Shown: positions 52,818-63,940, numbered from the stretch's first letter. The stretch is DNA of 64,000 nucleotides from Podarcis cretensis (GCA_951804945.1 OX638150.1:36952001-37016000); one strand, 5' to 3'. Numbers and translations are program-made. The notes: a model not told the origin generated them from the sequence alone.

Positions 52818-52922
52818 AGTAAGTTCCCAGTGTGTCCATAAGGGCAGAAGTAGTTAACTTCTACATACAACGACAGGAGAGGTTACCTGTAGAAGATCTT
52901 GGAGGGAAGCCTTTTGTACTTT

Positions 52923-53099
52923 GGGGGAAGCACTGTAGCTCAGTGGCAGAGCATCTGCTTTGCATGCAGAAGGTCCTTGGCTCAATCTCTGCATCTCCAT
53001 GTATGACTGAGAGGGAACCCTGAAGAGCCAACCAGGGTTTACAATACTGAACTAGGTGGAGCAACAATGATTCAGTATAAGACAGCTTCCTATGTTCCT
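52923..53099 (+). mobile_element. tRNA-derived SINE (Squam3-like), second copy
   Basis: TAGCTCAGTGGCAGAGCATCTGCTTTGCATGCAGAAGGTCC head (tRNA-Ala-like) and CAGCTTCCTATGTTCCT tail. A third, decayed copy is at about 41850-42010. Confidence 0.7.
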
Positions 53100-53223
53100 G
53101 ACCCTCTGCTTCTGCCCCACAACTGATTTGTCCATCCTGCTATAGCCCTACTGATTTGCCAAGTTGACTGACTGGGGGTCAGCCCCCCTAGTGCTGTCTT
53201 ACAGTGAACCAAGTGAACTAGGC

Positions 53224-53539
53224 TTGTGGGTAATTCAATGAAGTTATGAGAAAGCATTCCGCTGATGAGTCATTATTTTAAAATCCCCGAAGGCCTATTG
53301 TACCAGTTAAAAGGCTAAAGCATTTTAAATTTCAAGGAAGGAAGGGGCCCATCTTGACCTCTTCCTTCTGATGTGGAGATGTGTAACCACTCGCCGCCCC
53401 AACCCCGGGCATAGCTCACTTTCTTCCTGGCTGATCTGGTAGCAGCTGTTGTGGGTAATTCAATGAAGTTATGAGAAAGCATTCCCCTGATGAGTCATTA
53501 TTTTAAAATCCCCAAAGGCCTATTGTACCAGTTCAAAGG
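53224..53539. repeat. Direct duplication of 91 bp (53224-53314 and 53449-53539)
   Basis: Three mismatches in 91 bp; copies are 225 bp apart. Confidence 0.95.
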
Positions 53540-53842
53540 GAACACTATGATCCTTCAAAATTCAAATAAACAAATGAAAACACCACCACGAGAACAACCT
53601 TCACCAGTGTGCCTTTCTCCTATATTCCTGCTGACCAAGTCAATAGTCACATGTATTCCTTGTCATCTGCATATTCCTCTTTCTTGAACATTGAGTTTTC
53701 CCATCTATGATAGATAAAATGGCTGCTATGTTGTACTGCCACACGGAACTACCACTTTGGATAGTGCACACCCTTAAAAAAAAATCCAATATCAAGAGGA
53801 TATCATCCTTTTCTTTCTTTATAAAGGGACAGCTTCCTCTTA

Positions 53843-54207
53843 AAGGTAAAGGTAAAGGTACCCCTGCCCGTACGGGCCAGTCTTGACAGACTCTGGGGTT
53901 GTGCGCCCATCTCACTTAAGAGGCCAGGGGCCAGCGCTGTCCGGAGACACTTCCGGGTCACGTGGCCAGCGTGACAAAGCTGCATCTGGCGAGCCAGAGC
54001 CACACACGGAAACGCCGTTTACCTTCCCGCTGGTAAGCGGTCCCTATTTATCTACTTGCACCCGGAGGTGCTTTCGAACTGCTAGCTTGGCAGGCGCTGG
54101 GACCGAGCAGCGGGAGCGCACCCCGCCGCAGGGATTCGAACCGCCGACCTTTCGATCGGCAAGTCCTAGACGCTGAGGCTTTAACCCACAGCGCCACCTG
54201 CGTCCCC
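53843..54207 (-). mobile_element. Sauria SINE (same young subfamily as 35552-35915)
   Basis: Perfect 14-bp TSD acagcttcctctta (53829-53842 / 54208-54221); (AAAGGT)n tail at the left end. Confidence 0.93.
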
Positions 54208-55294
54208 ACAGCTTCCTCTTACCAAAGGCCAAATGGTCATGTTGGGAGCCACAGAGACAAGTGAAATTTTCCTCTTTTCAAATGGATAGTTCTTTGGGGC
54301 AGTTTCATTATAGGGGCTCCTAGGGCTGAAGGATGGGATAAGGCAAGTGGAAATAGTCAGCCTCCATATGCAAATGCAGATCTCTCCCCTTGCCCCTCAA
54401 ATGTGTTAAAAGCTGCTGTAAGCTGATGTCCATATTCTAAGAATCCATAGAATCTCCCTTTCCTCTTTGATTTTGCACTTTAATTCTTTACCGCTGAGAT
54501 GCTCACAAAGCGTCAGAAAATCTCTAGCAAGCTGACCTGCTACTCCATAATGGGCTGCTGAGCCCTTCTGCATTGCTTCACTTTATTTATGTGGTGTGGG
54601 TTTTTTTTTTTAAGGTGGCTGTCAGGCACAAGAGACTTTCTATTCATGTCATCTTCCCGGCCAGCCACTTAGCGTAAAATTGCCCATAAAAATGAACTTA
54701 AATTACAAGTGATAAAACCACAGCCCATCCTAGCCACTGCCAGCTTTTTTTTCTGTTCTACATGGCGCTGAAGCTTATATTCTTTTTGACAAGAGCAATG
54801 AAGCAGCTTCACACACTTATCCCCAGCTAAATCACCTTAAATTGAAAATCCTTGTTTTTCCTTGCTTGGAATGTAGCATGGTCCTTCATTAGTTTCTTCT
54901 AAGTGTTTCTTAGTATCAGCAGAATGGTTTGAACTGGTGGAACGCTTGACTGCATGTCCCTCAGCTAATGCCAGATGTGAGGCCTTCCGACATATCCGCT
55001 TATTGGTTTGTTTGTTTTTGTTTGTTACATAAGCTACCCCATAACAAAGAGTTCCATGGGCAGCTCACAAAGCCAACACACACACACACCAAAATACAAT
55101 ACAGAACAGGAAAAACTGTAACAAAATAATTTAAAAAAATGAAGCATAATTACAGCTCAGTGAGAGGTAAACTACATTTCCCAGGGTTATTTGGGGGGGG
55201 GGGAGCCATGGACTCTAAATGTATGGTGTGCATGCAGCTGAAGAAAAGAGGCAGAGCAAAGAGGTGAGCCTTGCCAAGGTTGGAGGTGCTAATA

Positions 55295-55520
55295 CAGTGG
55301 TACATCTGGTTAAGAACTTAATTCGTCCCAGAGGTCCATTCTTAACCTGAAAGTGCTCTTAACCTGAGGTACCACTTTAGCTAATGGGGCCTCCCGCTGC
55401 TGCTGCGCTGCTGGAGCATGATTTATGTCCTCATCCTGAAGCAAAGTTCTTAACCGGAGGTACTATTTCTGGGTTAGCGGAGTCTGTAACCTGAAGCATC
55501 TGTAACCTGAGGTACCACTG
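55295..55520. mobile_element. Tc1/mariner (Tigger-like) MITE
   Basis: TA|CAGTGGTAC...GGTACCACTG|TA; same body as the other copies. Confidence 0.88.
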
Positions 55521-56192
55521 TAAGTTGTTTCAGGATGAGCAAGAAGGAGCAGGTAGTGATGCAAGGCAAGAGAGTAAGGTGGGGAAAGTGGTATGAAATG
55601 AGGAGGAGGAGGAGCCAATGGCAGGAAGCAGTAGAAAGTGGGGACTGATGGGTCCTTCAACTTCCAAGCCTTGTGAGGCACCTTTGCGACCCCCCCCCAA
55701 TCCGTTCCTGCAGCCACAGTGATTCCTCAAATCTACCAGCTTTTGAAACTGCAGCCCACAAGCTTTGTGCTGTGGCCATCTGTGGCCAACCTGGAGCTGC
55801 AACTACAACCACTAAGAACTACCTCCAGAAGTTGAGGTGACTTGCATGGCCCACTGAAACTGTAACTCTGAGGGCTCATCCACACAGCAGCACCTTCCCT
55901 CTTTCCCCGCTGACTGCTACAAGCATTCACCTGAGAGTATGGGAACTGTCCCTGGGGAAAGGTAGGCATCTTTAGGTAGAGGACTCCCTCACCATTCATC
56001 ATGAGAGGCCTGTGCTAGAGAAGGCTTGGCCCATGATGCTAGGCCCATATAAATTTATGGTCAGCTTAGAGTTTCACTAGCCCCTCTGTAGGTCCTCTGC
56101 ACCAGAGGTGGTGAACCTGTGACCCTCCAGAGATGTTTTTGGACTCAGTGAATGTAAATTCTATCTGGGAGAGATAGTATGGCTGGGGAAGA

Positions 56193-56424
56193 GGGTAGTG
56201 GCACCTGCCCTGTGGAACGCCCTCCCACCAGATGTCAAAGAGAAGAACAACTATCAGACTTTTAGAAGACATCTGAAGGCAGCCCTGTTTAGGGAAGCTT
56301 TTAATGTTTGATGCATTACTGTATTTTAATATTTTGTTGGAAGCAGCCCAGAGTGGCTGGGGAAGCCCAGCCAGATGGGCGGGGTATAAATAATAATTTT
56401 TTATTTTCTATTTTTTTATTTTTA

Positions 56425-56468
<44 letters not shown>
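56193..56468 (+). mobile_element. L2-clade LINE 3' end with (TAT)n tail
   Basis: Alignable to 36940-37165; ends about 125 bp upstream of an MGAT5B exon. Confidence 0.85.
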
Positions 56469-56591
56469 GGCTTGGGGAGAGTCTAAAGGGCCAGTAAGAA
56501 AGGGCTGGAGGGCCACATTTGTCGTCCTCCCCACCTCTGCTATATTGATGTCCTTCCCTCCCTTTTCACCTCTCTTTCTTGCTCTTTCCAG

Positions 56592-56723
56592 TAACTTAGG
56601 AGTGCCTCCTGGCCGGGGTAATTGTCCCTTGACAGTCCCTTTGCCCTTTGACCTCATTTACACAGACTACCATGGGCTACAGCAGATGAAGCAGCACATG
56701 GGCCTCTCCTTTAAGAAATACAG
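56592..56723 (+). CDS. MGAT5B: MGAT5B internal coding exon (approx. exon 9)
   Basis: Acceptor ttccag|T (AG+T=Ser), donor AG|gtaaga. Encodes NLGVPPGRGNCPLTVPLPFDLIYTDYHGLQQMKQHMGLSFKKY; 132 bp. Confidence 0.97.
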
Positions 56724-56786
56724 GTAAGAAGAACTTGGTGGCCTTTTATGTCCACGTCTTGTATCTTTTTTTATGGGCAAGTAGCG

Positions 56787-56947
56787 AGGGTTGCCATATT
56801 TCAAAAAGTAAAAACAACAACCCCCCTGAAAGTTATTGAGCTTTCCTTCTTTTTTACAAAAATGCCAAAGAAATATGTTTTTTGTATTTTTGGAAATTCC
56901 CCCAGATGTCACTTCCGCCTTTGAAATCCGGATGTATGTCAGCCCTA
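56787..56947. mobile_element. hAT-like MITE (AGGGTTGCCA TIR)
   Basis: AGGGTTGCCATAT...GTATGTCAGCCCTA imperfect TIR; about 60 bp downstream of an MGAT5B exon. Confidence 0.6.
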
Positions 56948-58614
56948 AAGTAATAATTTTTCTCAATACCTCTCTTGGCTAAAATCAAGTCTAAACTATT
57001 TACAAATTGAATGTTTGACTATTATTTACATTGTATATGCATGGTTTATATTTCTTGGTGGTGGGGTATAAGGTCATTGATTGTTATATGTATTTTAAAA
57101 ACTGAAAAATAATGTTAGGAAGGACCTCTCCATCGGTGCCCTTTTTAATATTGTTTCCATTCTTCTCTATTCTTTTGAAACCACAGCTGTATTTAGTACT
57201 TAACAAACTTTTGCTTTATATGATAATGATTTTATTTAAATGGTTTTCTTCTTAAGAGCTTGTTTTTTGTCTGCCATTTCAAAAGATCAAAATGCATTGC
57301 ATTATTTTCCAAGAATTTAACCACACACGATTATTCCAGAGACTGAACAGAATTGAACCTGGAATTCTCTTGAACTTTTAGCCTTTCCTTATCCTTAAAG
57401 CTTCCAAAAGTAAATTTCCACAACACAAGTTTTAGACTTTCCCTTGGCCCAGTTTATCTCCATGTCTCTGAGAGCTGGTAAATTGCCCGGTGAATGGCTT
57501 CCATGCTGCTTCACAGCTGCCATTGTTACATGCTGGGATGTGTTTGCAAAGGTGAAAGAGCAATCCTTCATACCACTCTCTTAAATGAAATAATAATAGT
57601 ATCACTTTCCATGGAGAACACAGAGACCCTGGGGGGGTTATGGACCTGTGAGTGAGAGCAAGGATAAATAATATATCGGCACTCTGGAGGTGTGTTCTGC
57701 AAGCATCGCTAGGAGAGAGAAAGAGGCAGGCAGGTGAATGGATCAACTTGGGACACCTCTGCCCATTTTGTCCCTCCTCTTGAGGTTTTAAAAAGTTCAG
57801 CTCAAAGACTCTTGCCAGATCAGCAGCTAGCAAAATTTTGTGATTTAATTTAGCACTGGTAGCCCAAGTATTCATTACTCTTTCTCCAATCCCTCCTGTT
57901 ATCCTGCACAATTTTATGAGGGAGGAAAATGACAGGCGGTGTTATTGCCTCTATTGTAAATCAATTTTCTCTCTGCATTCAGCTTGGTTGGAAGAGAGGA
58001 GTTGTTATTCCTGTGCTTGCTTTCTACTTGCTGTGTTTTTTGACTTCTCTTCCCCTTTCTCTTTTTATCAGTGCCATAAGCCAGTTTCAGGGTGGCTAGG
58101 ATGTGGGGGTCAGGGGAGTCATGTCAACAGAAAGAGAGGGGTGAGCTCTTGCAAAACCAGATGTGAAATCAATTTTGAATACAAGTCTCATATATTCAAA
58201 CTTGAATACATCAAGCCTCTTCAGATTTAACAGAATGAGGATTTTGGTAATTGACTCCTGTGATACCCAAACATTTGTCACCAAGACGATTTGTTTGTGT
58301 TGCATCTTTGTTTCATTTTAGGGAGCTGTTGCCTCAAGACCTCATTGCCCACCTCCACCCCTGTCTTACCTTCTGCTTCACTCTTCTCCCTGTCTCACTG
58401 CTGACCATATCCACCCCTTTCATTTCTTCTTCTTCTTTCAATCTAGATCTATCTTTCTTCTTCAGAGAAATATGATGCTATCCATCATTAAGTGATATTA
58501 TTGGCTATGCAACTCATGCTGGTAAATTATGTGTTGCAGGCTCCTTATATATTTGAGAAAGTGGGTTTTGGTGATAATAAAAATATGTATTGTAACTAGG
58601 CATGAGGAAACTCA

Positions 58615-59261
58615 TTAAAAGACACCTGCTTCTTGGGAGAAAAGCAATGACAAACCTAGACAGCATCTTAAAAAGCAGAGACATCACCTTGCCAACAAAG
58701 GTCCATATAGTTAAAGCTATGGTTTTCCCAGTAGTGATGTATGGAAGTGAGAGCTGGACCATAAAGAAGGCTGATCGCCGAAGAATTGATGCTTTTGAAT
58801 TATGGGCCTGGAGGAGACTCTTGAGAGTCCCATGAGCCCTGAGTGCTCACTGGAAGGACAGATCCTGAAGCTGAGGCTCCAATACTTTGGCCACCTCATG
58901 AGAAGAGAAGACTCCCTGGAAAAGACCCTGATGTTGGGAAAGATTGAGGGAACAAGGAGAAGGGGATGACAGAGGACAAGATGGCTGGACAGTGTTTTCG
59001 AAGCTACCAGCATGAGTTTGACCAAACTGTGGGAGGCAGTGGAAGACAGGAGTGCCTGGCATGCTCTGGTCCATGGGGTCACGAAGAGTCGGACATGACT
59101 AAATCAGTGTTTCCCAACCTTGTGCCTCCAGCTGTTTTTGAACTACAACTCCCATCATCCCTGACTAGCAAGACCAGTGGCAAGGGATGATGGGAATTGT
59201 AGTCCAAAAACAGCTGGAGGCACAAGGTTGGGAAACACTGGACTAAATGACTAAATAACAA
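58615..59261 (+). mobile_element. 5'-truncated Bov-B (RTE) LINE 3' end, interrupted by a MITE
   Basis: Translation LLLGRKAMTNLDSILKSRDITLPTKVHIVKAMVFPVVMYGSESWTIKKADRRRIDAFELW is the typical Bov-B ORF C-terminus. 3' UTR GGGGTCACGAAGAGTCGGACATGACT. 13-bp TSD atgag(g/c)aaactca at 58602-58614 / 59262-59274. Confidence 0.93.
59105..59240. mobile_element. Palindromic hAT-type MITE inserted in the Bov-B tail
   Basis: Near-perfect 136-bp palindrome CAGTGTTTCCCAACCTTGTGCCTCCAGCTGTTTTTG...CAAAAACAGCTGGAGGCACAAGGTTGGGAAACACTG; 8-bp TSD gactaaat. Confidence 0.9.
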
Positions 59262-59685
59262 ATGAGCAAACTCACATCACCTCATTTTAAAGTCCCTTTT
59301 TGAGACCTTTTTCCTGCCAGCACTCAGCTTCATTATTCACAGAAGATGCTCATCGGAGGGAGAGGAGTGGGTTATGTGTAAGTCTTCCTCCCCTCCCAGT
59401 TTACCAACCTACCATTCCTGTCTTCTTCCTTTGGGAAAGGAGAGGTCACCAGTAGTTGTGACAGCTTGACAGAGACACAAGAGGTTTTGCTGAGCCTCTC
59501 CGGGGAGCATCAGTTTTGTAGTTTCCTTAACATTTCCAGTTAAAGAAGAAGCCAGAAAATGAGGACCTCCACCAAAACTGGGCATGGCACAATGGCTCTA
59601 GGATAATGTATCACTAGCTCATATTTTTGTGTTGCTCCTATGCAGGACATAACCGGCATGGCTTTTGTTCGTTTCCCTTGCACAG

Positions 59686-59819
59686 ATGCCGTGTTCGAGT
59701 GATTGACACTTTTGGGACTGAGCCTGCATACAACCATGAGGAATATGCCACACTGCATGGGTACCGGACAAACTGGGGCTATTGGAATCTGAACCCAAAG
59801 CAGTTCATGACAATGTTTC
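59686..59819 (+). CDS. MGAT5B: MGAT5B internal coding exon (approx. exon 10)
   Basis: Acceptor gcacag|A (AG+A=Arg), donor C|gtaagt. Encodes CRVRVIDTFGTEPAYNHEEYATLHGYRTNWGYWNLNPKQFMTMF; 134 bp. Confidence 0.97.
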
Positions 59820-61801
59820 GTAAGTGGTATCAACATTTGACAGTGATTTGCCATGGAGAGGTGTGTGATGACAGTGGGTGCTCAGATAGAATAGCAGACC
59901 CTTCCTGAGTAAGGCTAGAAGTCCATGGCATCCAACTTTCCCTTGCCCGATGCCCTCCAGCTTTTCTAGACTACAACACTATATTTTACTTCTTCTTTTT
60001 TTTACGTTAGCTGCTTTCAGCATCACTTGGTGGAAAAGTGAGATATAAATTTAACAAACAGATAACCTGTTTTGCGCTCTCTCTCCAATGATTTGTATTC
60101 AGAGATAACTTGCAAATATGGAAGGGGTGTTTGTTTGTTTGTTTGTTTGCTAGCTTGCTATCATGGCCAATATCTGCTAATAGGGATATCTTTCCCACCG
60201 CCCTTTAAAGCTATTTTACTCAGTGAATCCCATAAGCTAATTGTGCATTGTGTGAAAAGGTTCTTCCTTTTGCACGTCCTGGCCATAAACTTCATTGAAT
60301 GGCTCTGAGTACTAATGTTATGAGAGAAGAAGAAACATTATCAATAGCTACTTCCTCCCAAAACATGCAGAATTTTATTAACTTTTACAATGCCCCCCCT
60401 TAGTTATCTCCCCCTGCTTTAAAAGGTTCCACATTTTTCAGCTTTCCTCATGGAGAAGGTCTTCCGAGTTCTACATTTTGAACAATTTGTCTACTGTCCA
60501 GGGTACTGAAAGTCCTGTCTCCAATACCACTTGTTCATGGAGTCATGACCCAGGATTGGTTCCCCACCTGTTTCTTCCCTGCCTGTCCTTCCACTCTGCC
60601 CCAGACTGCTTCCAGATCTACATCTTCCCAACTTGTCCATGGGTTCTGCCTCACCAGGAATGAGCACATATGAAAAAGAAAAGGCATCGTTTGAGGTTCC
60701 TTAATCTGTCCATACTTAATTCAGCACAGATAAACCCCGAGTACTTGTTACGTTCTTTGCTCTGAAAGTAGCAAATCGTTTTCTGAGCTGTCACTTATTC
60801 CCATGACCACTTGACCGATTCACATGATTGTTTTTCAAGTGTCCTAACACACACACACACCATACACCCTCGGCTTGGATTGCAGGTTGAACCAATGGCC
60901 TGAATCGTTTGTCTAGAATAGAATTTATTGACACACCATTCTCAAAGCCGGTAGAAATAAAACACAGGGAATATATCTGGAAGCTTTCCAAGATGAAGAA
61001 GCCCCCAAAGTATCATGAAGACTGAAAGTTCCTGTGCCCTGTGTTATGTCCGTGCCATGAAAAGGGTAGTAGAGATACTGTCACATTTGCACCTCCAAGT
61101 TGATTTCCCAAGGGTTCTGCATAGGCAGATTTGCTGCTTCCACCTGACCTTAACCTTGACAATGATGCCCCAAGGAAAAGCTAGCTTAATGGGGCCTGCC
61201 TTTTTAATTAGCTTTCATACTTTACTGTCCCACTCCCACTGTTTTTGCTAATTATGTTTCCAGGCTGTCCCAGCATCTCCCCTTCTCCCCAGCATGGCCA
61301 GGGTGAAAGACTTGTAACAGACACAGAGCTATTTCGATGCAAGTAACTCTCTCCAGCTCTCTGGGAGCTGCCAAGATAACCAATCATTCCTCGCCCAGAT
61401 AGAAGCACAGTGACAGCAGGAAGAGTAGGATGTGGTGTCATGGTAAAAATATCTTCAGGACTGTATTGGAAATGAAATAAATGGTCCTTTGCAAACCAGC
61501 AGTTAGGAGAAAGCTTTATTTTTGTGTTCCCTCCTTTGAGACATGGCATTGCACAAATTAAGTCTCAGAATTCTCTGGGATTTAATGGAAGATCAGTTCA
61601 GAACAACTGTGGTGCACGATTCTTGTCGGAAGGTTAAGGAGGGAAGGGACAGCGGAAGAGGACGCCAACCTTCTTTAGAGGCAACAAAGTGTCCTGAAAG
61701 CACCCTCCTAACTAGGTGGACTGACAATTGCAAAATAACAGCTAGGAAAATATAACATCATTACTGCCATTCCATCATGTACTCAAATTTGTGGTGGGCA
61801 C

Positions 61802-62012
61802 CATAGCTGTCAACCTTCCCTTTTTTTGCGGGAAATTCCCTTATTCCAGCACCATTTCCCACTACTTCCTGCCGCTATCCCGGATTGTTAGTTATCCCGT
61901 AGACTGTCGCCGGGACAGGTGAGGCTGCTGATCCCTTATTTTCAAGGCTGCTGATCCCTTATTTTCAAGGCTGCTGATCCCTTATTTTCAAATCTGAAAG
62001 TTGACAGCTATG
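61802..62012. mobile_element. Non-autonomous DNA transposon with 9-bp TSD
   Basis: Perfect 13-bp TIR CATAGCTGTCAAC...GTTGACAGCTATG; TSD ggtgggcac at 61793-61801 / 62013-62021; three internal tandem 23-bp units. Confidence 0.85.
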
Positions 62013-63488
62013 GGTGGGCACCATCTTTGCACCAAACAGAAGAGAGTACCTTTGCAGAGACATGAAATAACCCAAAGCTTTGCAAGCCAACTCTATCAGT
62101 TGATCGCTTCTGGGTCTGCTCTTCAGTGCAGTCCAGTCTTGACTGTGGTTTTCAACTGGGAACATGCAGCTCTCCCTTTTTTGCTTTATACAAAATAAAA
62201 TAGTTTGATTAAGTTTTATTTTATTTTATTTTATTTATTCCACAAACACACACTTCCTGCAGAATACAGCTTCCCCACCACACCAAACTTTATCCTCCCA
62301 GTAACTCTGTGGAGTAGGTCCCTGATTGTGCAGACAAGTCCATCAGTGAACAGTTCATATGAACATAGCATCTAGTCACATGATCTACCAAACACATCTA
62401 CTGCCTTGTGCCACCGCCCCATCCTCCAGCATTCTCCCCCAGCTGCTGGATTCCTGTTGTTACTTCCCAAAAATATATCCTGTGACATTTCAGTGATCAT
62501 GGAAATCTACTGAAGTGCATGGCCAAAATGTCACCGGAGAAAACAAGAGATAAAAAGCACATGAACACCTTAAGAGCTATCCATAATAATCAGTAACCTG
62601 TAATTTTGGAAGGTTTTTTATCATTCTAAAAATGAAAGCCCAATAGAAGAAGCAAACACAGAGGGACCCCCAACATTGAGAAATTACAGTTTGTTTGAAA
62701 ATTGCTTGGATATTTGAAGCTGAATCTTACAAGTGGAGGCTGTATTAGACTTGACTTTGCAAGTAGCAAACCAATAACATTTGTTGAATGCATACTCTAA
62801 GGCAATTCAGCTCTAAAGTAATTCAATTTCTTCAACATTTGGGTTTTTAAAAATAATAATAATAATAAAGCTGTTATAGCTCCAGAGAACTAAGATAAGA
62901 TTATACTCAGATTTTATGTTTTTAAAAAAGGTTGTGCCAAAGTGAAAATTCTCAATGTTTTAAAGAGTTTCAATTTTTATCTTTAAAAAAAGCATTTTCC
63001 AGGGTTGATGCATTTCATTTTTGTTAATTGCCATCCCTGCCTCATGTAGCCCACTCTACTAGATGTCGGTGTTGTTTAATGAGAAGAAAAATATAAAGTA
63101 TTTCTGGGTTATTCCATTATTAAATCAAAGATGTTATGTAATGGAGGGTGTAAAATATCTCAATGGACTCATTTCTAAAATTAATGTAACTGACTTGTAA
63201 ACTAACGAAGCAGATCTCCTGTGAATTATCAGAAAACGCGCGCTGCAATCGTGGTAGCATATGTGGGAGGACATGTGGCACTTTTTATATTATAAAACCA
63301 TGTGGTGGTAGAAAGTCGAGTATGAGTGCAAAATTCAATGCAGCCCTAGCAAAGAGCCTGTGAGGCTTCTTTCCACAGCCTGTGAGACATCCCATTGGGA
63401 ATGGGGTGTTTGTGTTACTGAGAACAGAGAGGAAATCTCTGGAGAAACCTAATGCAAGTCAAATGCATGGATGTTTGTTTCTTCGCAG

Positions 63489-63619
63489 CTCATACGCCTG
63501 ACAATTCCTTCATGGGTTTTGTGTCTGAGGAGCTCAATGAAACAGAGAAGCAATTCATTAAATCCAACAAGGCTAACAACATGGCAGTGGTATATGGGAA
63601 AGAAGCCAGCATTTGGAAG
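63489..63619 (+). CDS. MGAT5B: MGAT5B internal coding exon (approx. exon 11); gene continues beyond the window
   Basis: Acceptor tcgcag|CT (C+CT=Pro), donor AAG|gtgggt. Encodes HTPDNSFMGFVSEELNETEKQFIKSNKANNMAVVYGKEASIWK; 131 bp. Confidence 0.97.
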
Positions 63620-63940
63620 GTGGGTAGCGAATAAAATAGTGGAACTTTTTAACGGTGTCAAAAGCATTTAATCACTCAACCATGGTCCAAAGTGTGCTAA
63701 ATGCTCTGTGGCTGCAATCTTATGCAAACTTATTTGGGAATACATCCAACTGAACTCTGTGGGACTTCTTTCAAGTAATTAGGTGTGGAGTGCATCTCTT
63801 ACAACATTTAACAAATGGATGAGGAACCTGTGCCTCTCCCAATGGTTTTTTTGACTCCATCTCCCATCAGCTCTAGCCAGTGTGGCCAATGGTCAGAAAG
63901 GACTCTATTGTAATGACTGTAGTTTGTTTTAATAGATTTT

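Noticed and set aside
52620-53099. tRNA-like sequences
   Set aside because: The cloverleaf is degenerate and runs into a SINE body and tail, so these are SINE heads rather than tRNA genes.
53262-53292. CTGATGAG...GAA, suggestive of a hammerhead ribozyme core or a C/D box
   Set aside because: No stem II closing onto GAAA, no flanking helices, and no terminal stem with a correctly placed D box.
58602-58835. 77-aa ORF with RTE ORF similarity as a functional gene
   Set aside because: It is a 5'-truncated Bov-B fragment with an internal deletion; the ATG comes from the flanking TSD.
61922-61990. Short direct repeats considered as a CRISPR-like array
   Set aside because: Head-to-tail repeats with no spacers, inside a MITE, in vertebrate DNA with no cas genes.
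1933-63671. The remaining 60-160 aa ORFs in the supplied track
   Set aside because: No recognisable domains, many start at GTG/TTG, and many overlap SINEs, MITEs or microsatellites. The ORFs overlapping MGAT5B exons are coding only between the splice sites.
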